From: Eledone cirrhosa
Lineage: Eukaryota
Length of the DNA: 64,000 nt
NCBI GenBank assembly: GCA_964016885.1
Contig: OZ024742.1
Location: 32,426,001-32,490,000 of the forward strand
Direction of reading: 5' to 3'
The translations under genes and the position numbers were made by a program. A model generated the notes under the pieces. That model was given only the letters and a program-made list of their open reading frames with translations. It did no database searches and had not been told where the DNA came from. Each line of letters starts with the position of its first letter. Position 1 is the first letter of the stretch. This document shows positions 1 through 12,469 of this stretch, piece by piece.

Positions 1-50
1 GCCTGGACCCAGCTGTGTCCGGAAATAAGGGTGTTTTGGAAAGGTCCGCC
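1..50 (-). CDS. TBC1D1: TBC1D1/4 exon, partial (runs off window): (G)RTFPKHPYFRTQLGPG; catalytic arginine finger
   Basis: Acceptor ttttctag at 51-58; completes the IxxDxxR motif (IDLGRTFP) with the previous exon. Confidence 0.95.
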
Positions 51-1380
51 CTAGAAAATAGAAAAAAACATAAATGAATAAATGAATTGAATAATGAGAA
101 GTTTCTAAAATCAAATATACAACCACATCAACACCATCGATTTTATGCCCATTTTTCCATGCTTGGTGTTCTCACAAGTATAACATCCCTCCACTTTATT
201 GCTTTACTCCTTAATGAGGTGTAATTTCTTAAGGTCTGCTTTCACCACCTTTGCCCATGTCTTTCTTGGTTTTCCTCTTCGGCAGTTTTCTTCAGCTTGG
301 AACTCAAAGTACTTATTAACCCAACCATCATCATCTATACAAATTTTCATGTCTGTACCAGTGCAATCCTCTCTCTTACACAGATCTGATTCTTTTTAAA
401 GTTTAATTTGTCTCTCAGCTCTTTTATACTTTATTGATCATGCACACTAACATTACACATCCAAAAGAGCAAACTCAATTCATTTTTACCCAGCCTTCAC
501 ACATTTCACACCCATGCAACATCACACTCCTGATGCAACAATGTTTTAAAGCTATTTTCCCTGCTAAAGCAGAGTTTGGCCTTGTCAGCATCATGATATG
601 GGGTCCTTTTTGAGGTAATGTTTTACAGCTGGATGTCCTTCCTGGCACCAACCCTTTTAGTTGCTTTTTATAACACAGAGATTACAGTGCAGCTATTATA
701 CATTATACATCCAGCAGAGCAAGCTTGATTTGTTTTCCTCCAGTTTTCCTACATCTTTTGCATTCCATGCGTCAGTCTCATTACCATTTAAATTTGCACG
801 TCCAATGCAAGCACCATACAATATACTCATTACAGAGAGAATACACCACTGTCATCATCATCATTTTACATCAGCTTTCCAGGCTGGTATGGGTTATCCT
901 ACTCTGTGACTAAATAAGTCAGAGAGACATCATCTTGCTCACATGTTCTATATTTATCAGTTTCTATGGCTGAATATCCTTCCTAATGCCAATCATCTTA
1001 CAGAGTGTACTGGGTGTATGTTATTATGGTACTAGCACTTACACTTTACAGAATGTACTGGATCATTTTATCATGACACAAGCACTGTTACTTTACAGAG
1101 TCATTTTATCATGGCTCCAACACTACCACTTTACTGAGTGTGTAGGATATATCTTACTGTGGCACCAATACTAACATTTTACAGAGTATATGTGGGTGCA
1201 TTTTATTATGAAACTGGCACTACCACTTTAAAGACTGTACTGGGAGTATTTTATCATGGTACAGGACTAGAAAGAACCTCATGTGCTCAGCCAAACTAGA
1301 ACATTTTCTCTTCCTTATATTGCCAGTCTAAATATTTTTGATATATAAATGTCCCAGAATGTTGATAGAACTATACTCAC

Positions 1381-1542
1381 CTAAATCAATGAGTATGGCA
1401 TGTTGGTGGGTGGTGAGTCGGCGCATCAAATCATCATAGCTAGCATCATCAAGACCACTACCTGTGCTCATCATGGGTGACTGCAGCTGGGCTTGTTCAA
1501 CCAACAGCTGCCAGATGGCTCCACGACGACTTTTTGGTACTC
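1381..1542 (-). CDS. TBC1D1: TBC1D1/4 exon (162 nt, phase 1/1), TBC domain start: (G)VPKSRRGAIWQLL...YDDLMRRLTTHQHAILIDL
   Basis: Acceptor ttttcag and donor gtgagt; GVPxxxRGxIW and QHAILIDL TBC motifs. Confidence 0.96.
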
Positions 1543-1930
1543 CTGAAAAGAAAAGGGAAAACAATTTTTAAAAATGAAATTATAGGCATGAGCTGTGGTT
1601 TTAGGCTCAGATCCACTGTGTGGCACCTTGTACAAATACCTCCTACTATAGTCTCGGATTGATCAATACTGTCTTAGAGAAATTTAGCAGGCGGAAACTG
1701 TGTGGAAGCCCATCATACTTATGTATCATCATCATCATTGATCTATGTCAATTTTGCATGGGATAAATGATGTCACATTATTTGGTCAAACATGTTCAGA
1801 TGATTGTGTTTTGCTTATGCCAAACACTTTATAGAATGTAGTGAGAGTATTTTATCATGGCACCAGAACTATATATACATACATATATGTGAAGATGAGA
1901 GATAGAGAGAGATGTCTGGTAATAACTGAC

Positions 1931-2092
1931 CTTGTTTAATGCAATCAATAAGGATCTTCTTGTCAAACCGAGTGTCTTTTCGTTCAGTGTTATTCAACAT
2001 AGAATCCCAGACTTTGGTCACTTCCTTCAGACATGGTGTTATCTCCTCGTAATCGAGATTTTGTCTCTTCTGTTGAATCTCATCTTGTCTGG
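1931..2092 (-). CDS. TBC1D1: TBC1D1/4 exon (162 nt, phase 1/1): (A)RQDEIQQKRQNLDYEEITPCLKEVTKVWDSMLNNTERKDTRFDKKILIDCIKQ
   Basis: Acceptor ttttacag and donor gtcagt; LDYEEITPCLKEVTxVW is nearly identical to vertebrate TBC1D1 as I recall it. Confidence 0.96.
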
Positions 2093-2159
2093 CTGTAAAA
2101 TAGCAAAAAAAAACATAGATTATAAAAATAGGCAATTATTATTATTATTATTGTTATAT

Positions 2160-2392
2160 TAGGGCAGTGGATTGGCAGTATTGGTAGAACGTCAGACAAC
2201 ATTCTTCGCAGCATAAAGTTACGGCCCTTTACATTCTGATTTCAAATTCCGCTAAGGTTAGATTTGCCTTTCATCCTTACAGGATCGATAAAATAAAGTA
2301 CCAGTAACGCACTGGATTGATTTAATCGACTCCCACTATAAAAAAAAAATTAAAAAAAAATGCTGGCCTTGTGCTTAAATCAGAAACCATTA
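2160..2392 (+). mobile_element. tRNA-derived SINE, representative copy (others ~4770-4900, 5545-5720, 8670-8970, 9345-9610, 17390-17540, 34390-34810, 46290-46430, 48115-48335, 62150-62560, 62775-62900)
   Basis: B-box-like g(a)ttcaaat(t/c)cc and shared body tttgcctttcatcc..gataaaataaagtaccag. Confidence 0.75.
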
Positions 2393-3293
2393 TTAGTAGT
2401 AGTAGGAGTAATGATTTCTAACAATAGTAACAATATTAATAATTGTTTCTCGTTTAGAGACAAGACCAACAATTTGGTGGCAAGGAATAAGTCAATAACA
2501 TGGACCCCGTTGACTTTGACAAGAATTGAATTTAGAAAGTAAAGCGCCATAACCAAATACCATAAGGCATTTTGTCTGAAGTTATAATGATTCTGCCAAT
2601 AATAATGATTTCTTTATTAACCACAATGGGTTCACATGAATAAAACTTTAAGGAGAACACGACTAAATATAGAATGCGTGTACAACAGAGAAAATAGCAC
2701 CACAATATATTGCACACATATTACATAGAAATAGCAACAAAAACATAGCACTGGAGTTGATGTGACTGACTAAATCCCTTTAGGATCAGTGCCCCAGCAT
2801 GGTTTCTACAGTTGGATGCCCTTTCTAACACCAACTACATTTACAGTGAGTACTCGGTGCTTTTTGTTGTGACACCTACACAACCACTTTATTGTGTGGG
2901 CTGAGTGCTTTTTGTCATGACACCTACATGACCACTTTACAGTGTGGGCTGGGGACTTTGGTGAGAGGTGTGTGGGGATTGAGGAGGTAAGGTATGTGCT
3001 CATGGGAGGTGTATGGAAGAGTGGGTGGAGTGGTGCATACTATATGTATGCTTCAGCTTTGGTTTGTGCTCATGGGAAGGCGGGTCTTCTGTATTACTGC
3101 ATAACGCCCAAGATCTTTTGGTCTGCTGATCTACCATTATCTTCCTACACTCAGATGATCTGGTATCTATCAATTTATCTATTACCAATAATTTTGGTAG
3201 AAACAGGTGTGTTTAATTGAATTAATGTGTTACCTGCCTAAATAAACATTGAAATACCTGATGTTCTATTCTATACCATTGTATGATTTCATG

Positions 3294-3731
3294 TTTAGAA
3301 TAAGTACTACTGCTGTGTACATCTGGTTTAGAATAAGTACTACTGCTGTGTACATCTGGTTTAGAATAAGTACTACTGCTGTGTACATCTGGTTTAGAAT
3401 AAGTACTACTGCTGTGTACATCTGGTTTAGAATAAGTACTACTGCTGTGTACATCTGGTTTAGAATAAGTACTACTGCTGTGTACATCTGGTTTAGAATA
3501 AGTACTACTGCTGTGTACATCTGGTTTAGAATAAGTACTACTGCTGTGTACATCTGGTTTAGAATAAGTACTACTGCTGTGTACATCTGGTTTAGAATAA
3601 GTACTACTGCTGTGTACATCTGGTTTAGAATAAGTACTACTGCTGTGTACATCTGGTTTAGAATAAGTACTACTGCTGTGTACATCTGGTTTAGAATAAG
3701 TACTACTGCTGTGTACATCTGGTTTAGAATA
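3294..3731. repeat. Perfect 33-bp minisatellite x13 (tttagaataagtactactgctgtgtacatctgg)
   Basis: Identical units read directly; generates the repetitive ORFs on both strands. Confidence 0.97.
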
Positions 3732-6180
3732 TATATATACTGAACCACTGAATGTTGAAAGGGGAAACTAAAAGGATTGGCTCCAGGAAAGGTGTCTGGC
3801 CATAACAAATTGCCTAACAAATTACCATAAGTATGAATATACACACCCACACACACACATATATATATATGTCAAAAGTAAACAGAAATAACAACACAAT
3901 CAGTACAGCATATGGAAGGAATATATTAGTTTAACACTTGAAATAGCAGGAACAGGGTCTTAACATTTTGGACGTTAGTCCTTCATCAGAAGAAAGAATG
4001 AGAAATTAGAAAGATTGAAGGGATGGGCAGAGTGGAATCGAAAAAAATGTTTTTACATGCTGGATTCAGATCAAATGATCTGAATAGCCCACAATGTAAA
4101 AAGAACTCAATATTTATAACAGTACAAATCAATGTTTATTTATTCATTTTCTTACAACATAGCTGCATGTTTCAGCCAAGTGAGAGTTTGCTAAGTCTTC
4201 TTCTGAAACATTGTAGTTATGTTTTAAGAAATAAACAACTGCTACCAATAAAATATGTTAATGAAGGAGAAATAAAACCCAAATCCTTGTTAAATCTATC
4301 AACTTGTTCATCCATGTATTACTTACTACAAATAATGTATATTTTGTCAACCTCCACTGTTTAACTACAAACACAACTACACAGACACACTGAAACACAA
4401 TCACTAAAACATTGAGCCATTAACTCTTGTTTCAGTTGAAGAGATACCATAGTGATATATGGTGTGTTTAAACTGACATTAAACTGACCATATCTGGCCA
4501 GAATTCTCTCAACCCTTTCTGTTCAAAAGGACCCAACCAGCCCCTAATACTGACATTAAGGTATTGTTCTCAAAATAAACAATAGCAAAATCTCATAGAT
4601 TTGATATTATGTGAAATAAAGCCTTTTCTGTGAAAATACAATAGTAAATATAGAGTAAATGCTGAAGGGTTAAACCTAACAAAGCCCATCTCCCTTTGGG
4701 TCTGAAAAATGACCATTTCTTCCAGATAAAGGGAGATAGCAAGAGAACGAATCAAATCTCTTCCCTCTCCTCCTGTACTGGTACTTTATTTATAGACTTT
4801 GAAAAGATGAAAGGCAAAGTTGCTTTGGCAGAATTTGAACTCAGCGCACAGAGATACAGAACGAATACTGCAGAGTATTCTATCCTCTGTTCTGCTGACC
4901 AATTGCTGTCCATACCACATACACGGACACACTATAACAATGCTATCCCTTAATACCCCCCTCCATTACACATACTCCAGCTGCATTGTCAGTGTCTCCC
5001 CATCGCATAACTTGTACAAGATGTGAATAGAGATGTGGGTGGGTTGTAAAGCCAACCTACCACCTATCCACCTTTATACCCCATACACATATATACACAC
5101 ATACGTACATGTGTGTGTGTGTGTGTATATATAATACACACACAGAACTGTGTTGTAATGTATCATCAGACAGACTGTCTCAGTCTAGTCATTCTCGATT
5201 CCCACCACCACCACCACCGCAGTCCATCTCTTCCTCCGCATCATTCCTTTCCTCCCACGCAGACAATCGATCTGTGAATATGATGGAAGTGGTGGGTAAT
5301 TGAAGCAGGATTCGGAATTTGATGAATTTTGCTCTTCTTTTCGTATATTCAACATCACAACCACTACTACAACTACTGCAAGTGGAATTAGTAGTAGTAA
5401 AACACATTATGGTAGTGGTTAATTATTATCGTTAGTTATAGCTGTTTTTCTTTATTGATTTCCCCCTTTCTCTTACTTGTGTTGGGTTGTTTTTCATTCT
5501 TGTATTGTTCTCAAGATCGTACGCCCTTGTGGCTAATATTTTTTCGGGGCGGTGGATTGGCAGAATCGTTCAAAATACTTTGCGTATTTAGTTCCAGCTC
5601 TCTTTACATTCTGATTTCAACTTTGACATTCAACATTTCCGGGTTTGTGAAAATAAAGTAATAGTCAAATACTGGATAAATTTAATTGACTTCTTCCTTG
5701 CCAGTCTCGTGCCTAAACTATTAATTACTAAAACATCATTACTATTAGTACACATTGTAGTAGTAGTATAAATAGACATAGAAGTGGCGGGGGTCTCCCA
5801 ACAAAGGCGGCGATTTTAAGAGAAACTTATGACATGGATATATTGAAGTTTCAATGCGCGCGCGCATTTGTGTGAAAATGTGCGTGAACATTTATGCGTA
5901 TAATCAGAATTCATGCGTATAACAGAACATTCAATAAGCAAAGTAGAATTTATTTTTTCAAGGAATATGTAGAGATACAAATAAATGCATGGGAGTCACC
6001 AAATCAGTAAATGTTTGTTATCTATAAGCCTATAAATCCACAACCGAACATTAATATATATATATATGCACACACATACATACATACATACATACATACA
6101 TACATACATACATAAGTTATCCCGATGATTTCTCACGAATGAAACAGTTCTAGTCCTGTAGACGCTTTTCTATATTAAAC

Positions 6181-6254
<74 letters not shown>

Positions 6255-6650
6255 TATATATATGCATATTTACATTAAACACCCACGCACATATATATAT
6301 ATTTATGCATATATATACATTAAACACTCACGCGTATATAACAACAAAGAAGGTGTGGTAAGATACCAGGTGGACCAAAACGCACTATGTGTGTGTGTAT
6401 GTGTGTGTGTGTACATACAAATAATAAATCAAAGCATATCAAATGTTTAGAATTTTGTGTTTCTCAATAAGTAAGCTCAATAGACTTTATCTAGAGCCAT
6501 AACCTGTGTACATATTCTTCTATAGAATATGTATACAATATACCGTGTTTCTTGTGCGATATATGGCTCTTTTTCTCTCTCTCTCTGTATATGCATTTAT
6601 ATCTCTTCATTTGGTTATATATATATATACATACACACATTAAACACCTA

Positions 6651-6716
<66 letters not shown>

Positions 6717-7791
6717 GTTATATTTATTATGCATGTGTGGATGTCATTAAGTGCGCATGCTTTATTTGTGTGAGGTGTGTGTATATATATATATGAAAGT
6801 AATATTGAGTCTGTTTGTGTGTCTGTATATGTATGTGGATGTTTATTTAATGTGGTATCCGTGGGTGCGAAGAAGTGTGGGTGTATATCCGTGTGTGGGC
6901 GGGTATTCACGTGTGTATAACTGTGTGGGTGTCTTTCATCTAGCATGCTAATAAATCTGTGTATTTGTGTTGCAGAAGTTCATGTATGTGAATGTTTGTA
7001 TATGTTAATTTGTGTATGCGTCTATTCATGTGATGTGTGTGGACGTTTGTGTACCAGAAGTGTACGTGTGATGTACGTGTGTGAGTGCTTGTGTTGTATG
7101 TGTGTGTTTGTGCTGTTTAAATGTGAGTGTCAGAATTGTATGTAGATTTTTGTCATGTATATGTATTGCACACTAATGCGCTGCATTAGTGTGATGTATA
7201 TGTATATTTGTTTGTGTGTATCTCAGGAAATGCATGTGAGTGTTTTTGTACTGTATGTGTGTGATTGTGTTTCTGTAGTAAGTATATGTGTGTTGTGTAT
7301 ATGAGCTACAAACGCATTCGAGAAAACAGTCAACACCACCACCACTACAACCATAAGAACAAATAAACAATCGAAAGAACCTCTACGTAGTCATTCGTCC
7401 TGCTAGAAATAGCAGTCAACCCCCACCCCCACACATCACACGAAAGTTACATTATATAATGTGACCCGGGATACACCATGGCTTTGATTACAGGTGTGTC
7501 TGCTTGATAAAGGGCTGACCTGAGACTAAACAACAATGACAGAAAATAGAGCGACAATAACAGAAATAGCAGCAACAATAACACGAACCCACACCAGCCA
7601 AATCTTTTTTAAATCACACCCTACGGTTCCTTCAATAAATGAGGATAATTTGGGCGGACGATATAAGTCCTTGGTACATTTAATTGTACGATGGAATAAC
7701 AGAAACTGGAATACCTTTGATCATGGCTCTACTCGCTCATGGCTCGGCTGGGGTTAAAACAACAACAACAACACGAAACCATAACTAAGTT

Positions 7792-8259
7792 GGTAATCCC
7801 TCGTATTAACATCACAGGCATCTCCTGGTAATTTCCGTGAGTGAAAATGACAATTAAAAAAATATCTAAAGATAATCGTAATCTCCACCTTTGAAAAGTT
7901 GTCTGTAAAATATGTATTAAGAAAGTTATGAGGAAACAGATTAAGGTGGTGGCACTAAACTGTAGTTAAGCATATATATCAGGTGAGGAGATTCTACACA
8001 GCAGATGTGTTTACCAAGCATATATATATATATATACATACATACATATATATACACACACACATACACATATATATATATATATATAAAATCTATACTA
8101 TATACACATCCCTATCATAACTTTCTTAATAACGCATCTTTTGCAGAGATATATTTTCGAAGGTATAGATTGCGATTATGTTTATATAAAAAGAATTTTG
8201 TCATATTCATTCTCGGAAATTACCGGAAGTTGTTTATAATCTAAAAACGAAGGATTACC
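7792..8259. mobile_element. Old foldback/MITE with ~140-bp imperfect TIRs beginning GGTAATCC
   Basis: 7792-7935 is a diverged reverse complement of 8110-8259 (ggtaatttccg..tga..atgacaa and attaagaaagttatga blocks). No clear TSD. Confidence 0.7.
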
Positions 8260-8660
8260 AATACAATACGAAGCCATAAATACATAGACAACACAAATAC
8301 ATACAACAACAACAACGTTAACTGAAACAAACCGTCGTACATGTGAAATAGAAGAGGTTCCAGGCGCAAATCTGTGCATCGGTGACCACATGCTGGAGGT
8401 GAGGGTCAGAGTGAAAGTCAGGGTCAGGGTCAGAGTCAGAAGTGAAGCACTGGTGAGGACATGTAGAGAATAGCAAATGCTCCGGACAAAGCAGCTGACA
8501 TGTGGTTGTGGCTCGACGAACGGCCATCAATAGTCACCGGAGTTTGCCGGTAGCGGCGGTGGTGTCAGCGGAGCTGGTGGTGAAGGGCGGAGGAGTTGAT
8601 TGGAGGAACCACGACCGAGATTTACTTTTTTTTCAAGGCGGTAGCAGGCGTGGAGAGTTA
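8260..8660 (-). promoter_or_regulatory. CpG/GC-rich putative internal promoter or first-exon region
   Basis: Locally GC- and CpG-rich, non-repetitive; GC box GGGCGG at ~8585, CCAAT on the minus strand at ~8599-8603, and an RGGTCA-like hexamer array at 8401-8440. Confidence 0.45.
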
Positions 8661-10479
8661 GAATAATATAATGATTTCTAATTTGGGAACAAGGTCAGCA
8701 ATTTTAGGCGAGGAAAAAGTCAATTATATCGACCTCGGAAGTATGAAAGGCAAAATTGATCTCGGTGGGATTTGAACTCAAAACGTAGTCAGAATGCAAT
8801 GATCATGATAATTGTTTCTACTTTAAGCACAAAACCAACACTTTGAGGGGAATGGAAGGTCGATTAAATCGACCCCAGTGCATTACTGGTGCTTTATTTT
8901 ATCGACCCCGTAAAGAAGAACGGCAAAGCTAACCTCGGTGGGATTTGAACTCAAAACGTAGTCAGAACGCAATGATCATGATAATAATAATAATAATTAC
9001 TTTTGTTTACCACAAGGATATCGGATGAAGACATTACGATGACAAGTTACAAGAACATGGAGTTTACATGGAAATGAAAAAAAAAAAATATATATATATA
9101 CACATTAGTCTTTTATTCAGACTAAGTGTATCTAGGTCTACATTATATATCGTGCTATTTTAAAGATTGTAAGGTATAATTCGAGGGAAGATAAGCAGCG
9201 GAGTAGACGCCCACTCTAGTTCAGCTGATAATAATAATTGGTGCATGGGCGGGAAAGTGAGTTGACAAGAGGTTTCTCTTCTATTTGTATTCGCCTCTCT
9301 TTCTCTCTCTATATACAAAGTCCTCTCTAACTATTACATAGTACTTAGAGCGTCGGACATTATGCTTTGCGGCATATAGTTACGTCCCTTTACATTCTGA
9401 GTTCAAATCTCGCCGAGGTTACCTTTGCCTTTCAATCCTTATGAGGTCGATCTAATCGACTTTCACCTCCCCTCAAAGTTGTTGGCCTTGTGTGTAAATC
9501 AGAAAACATCCCGCCGAGGTTAACTTTGCCTTTCATCCTTACGGGGTCGATAAAATAAAGTACCAGTAATGTACTGTCAATTGCTAGCCTTGTGTCAAAA
9601 GTAGAAACAATTAATATAGAAATGGCTTCTCCACGACTAGAACTGTTTCATTCAAAGGAAATCATCATGAAACGACTTTCTAGTGATTTCATACGAATGA
9701 AACAGTTCTAGTCCTGCAGAAGCCATTTCTATATTAAATGTTGTATATACTCTACTATGTATTGAGTACCCTACTGTGGTTACCTCCGATTGAACCCGGG
9801 ACTTACACACACACACTTTATATATATACATATCATTTTCTATCTATTTCTTTCTCTCTCAGAGAGAGAGATAGAAAATGATAGAGATAAATGCGTAAGA
9901 TATGTTTCTTTTAAGATAGGCAATTAAACAGTGAGATAGATATATAGATAACTAAGACCAGAGGCAACGACATAGATACATCGATAGTCAGATGACCACC
10001 ACCACCACCATTTTTTACGTTCACTTTTCCATAGTTTGTATGGGTTAGACAGGTTTTCTCTAGCAAAACTGGATATCATTTTTATTTGTAGCAAACGGCA
10101 AACTACCATCAACACCAACAATATCATTAAAACCACTACCTCCATTCGTGTGGTATTCGACAACATAATGCATGATTTATAGGGGGTTATTGCGAGCGAA
10201 GGAGGGGGGGGGGGGGGAAGAGCTTAAGAAAACTGTATGTCAGATGATATTGTGTTCATGAATATATGTATGAAGTGTTTATGTGTGTGTCGGTGTGTCT
10301 GTGATGTATATGTGTGTATTTGTTTCTGCCATGAGTGTGTGTGGAAGGATGTGACGAGAGAAGAAAGTGCTTTTTAACTCGGTTAGTTATGCATGAATGG
10401 AATGAAGACATTAAAGAGAGGAGAGACATAAGGGAGGGAGTAATAGAAGAATTGAGAGAGGTGAAGGCGTAAGAAAATA

Positions 10480-10528
<49 letters not shown>

Positions 10529-10898
10529 AGATATATTAAAAAATATCGTTTTTTACAAAAACAATATAAAAATTTAAAAGATGTAGGTGGAGAAGTTAAA
10601 ACAGCTCAAAATAGAGTAATTTATTATAATAAACAATACAAAAGGCTATGTTTTATACTTTTTTGAAAGATTTTTCAAACAAGCATGTGTACAAAATCCT
10701 ATTGTGACCGTTTAATGTCCATTTTCTATGCTAGCATGGGTTAGACGAGTTGTCCCGTTGTGAGATAGCCAGGTCGGATGACCGTGTCTTGCTCATACAG
10801 AACTGATTTGGGTTTGGTTTCTACGGCTGGATGCCTTTCGTAACGCCAACCATATTTACAGTGTGTACTGGTGCTTTTTGTTGTGACACCTACACAAC

Positions 10899-11044
10899 CA
10901 GTGCCGGATTTAGGACAAATGAAGCCTCTTACTTGGGCTTTTAAGGAGGTAAAACATTTTGTTGGTAGGAAGATGCCCCCTATCCCCTGGCCAACTGGGC
11001 CCTGTGCTTAAGCACACCTAAGCACAATGGTAAATCCGGCACTG
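10899..11044. mobile_element. hAT-type MITE (146 bp) nested in an RTE 3'UTR
   Basis: Perfect 14-bp TIR CAGTGCCGGATTTA; 8-bp TSD tacacaac/tacacgac (7/8 match). Confidence 0.88.
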
Positions 11045-11613
11045 TACACGACCACTTTACAGTGTGGACTGGGTATTTTCTGTTGTGACACCTACACTAC
11101 CAAATTACAGTGTTGGCTGGGTACTCCTTGTCATGGCACCAAAAACGACCACTTTACAGTGTGGACTGGTAACTTGAGTGGGGGAGATGCAAGGGGATTG
11201 GGGAGGTAGATCTAGGGGCATGGGGTGTTATGTTACAGGAGGTGTATGGAAGGGGTTTTGGAGGGGAATGTGGGTCTTCTGTATTACTTTGTCACACCAG
11301 CCATTACAGTCCTGTGCCATCACTTTTGAAAGGTGCAATTGAGAAAGTTGGGTGTTAAATAAATGTCATGCCAGCATGACTGCAGTCTAATGACAGAAAC
11401 CAGTAAAAGAACAACAGTATATACAAAGTAATGTGGTGATGTCAACAGTCACATGAAGAATGTCTCAGAAGACATTAAAGTACTTGTGAAAATACAAAAA
11501 ATAAATGAGAAAATCTAGCTATGCTGAAATTTGATTGACTAATATATTATCTACACCTACCTACACACAATAATACAAATTGTGAACTCTCTCTCACTAT
11601 ATATATATATATA

Positions 11614-12300
11614 TGTCGCGAAATCTGTCCATGCCTTGAACCTTGGGTGACACCTAAAGGTCAAACTCTAGGTCATCACCCTTTTGGTGTGAACAGGTTC
11701 ATGCGTGGGCTATCCCCTAAAGGTGGGAGACAGAAAGCGACAGGTATATAAAGCCTATATTTTCCCACCACAGAAACAGAGATCGGAGCACCACGATACA
11801 GACCAGCCATGTGAAAGATTCACCGCTACCTTCAGGTCCCAGAGGTCTACAGACATACAGAGCGATCGGAGCAGTACGCTATTACAAGCCATGTGAAAGA
11901 TTCACCGCTACCTTCAGGCCCCAGAGGTCTACAGACATACAGAGCGATCGGAGCAGTACGCTATTACAAGCTATGTGAAAGATTCACCGCTATCTACAGG
12001 CCACAGTAGTCTACAGTCAACTACTGTGATAATCATTCTAACAATTTCTAACAACTAATACCCCTTCGTTAAATTGGTGAACTCAACGTGATTTAAAAAA
12101 AGAAAACCACACGCAGCCTTTTTGATCTGATCATGGCTTCTTTTGCCAATATCAACAACTTTCTCTTACCAAGCTTCTCATCTATATGGTACGATATGTC
12201 AAATTATTCACCAAACTTCCATTCTACGGAATATTTACAGTGACTTCGCCTTGATTTTTCGATTCATTACCAAACACTTCACCACTTGCTTCGTAATCTC
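11614..12300 (+). mobile_element. Gypsy-type 5' LTR (~11614-12072), PBS (12075-12092) and decayed gag start
   Basis: Starts TGTCGCG after (TA)n; TATATAAAG at ~11745; tggtgaactcaacgtgat resembles the tRNA-Trp PBS TGGTGACCCCGACGTGAT; internal 82-bp tandem repeat (~2.5 copies). Confidence 0.72.
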
Positions 12301-12469
12301 CAACAACAACAACAGATAATACTACTACCTTTCTAGCAAGAAAACGATCACATAAAGAAGAGAAAACTGAAATTTTTGTAAAGAACAATCATATAAATAA
12401 TTTTTTTAATTTTTTTTACAGGTTGTATATGAACGTTCATTTTTTTAGTCGTTTTACTGTATTATATGC

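Noticed and set aside
3249-3856. Repetitive ORFs (FRISTTAVYIW)n and (ILNQMYTAVVL)n; possible CRISPR-like array
   Set aside because: Pure tandem repeat with no spacers, in a eukaryotic intron; the ORFs arise because the unit length is 33 bp.
8213-8230. ETS-type CCGGAAGT promoter motif
   Set aside because: Lies inside the TIR of the 7792-8259 element, so it is not independent evidence of a promoter.
5279-8400. Nested plus-strand gene (MMEVV spliced to EEVPGANLCIGDHMLE)
   Set aside because: The acceptor near 8351 lacks a pyrimidine tract, and no further exons or homology were found.
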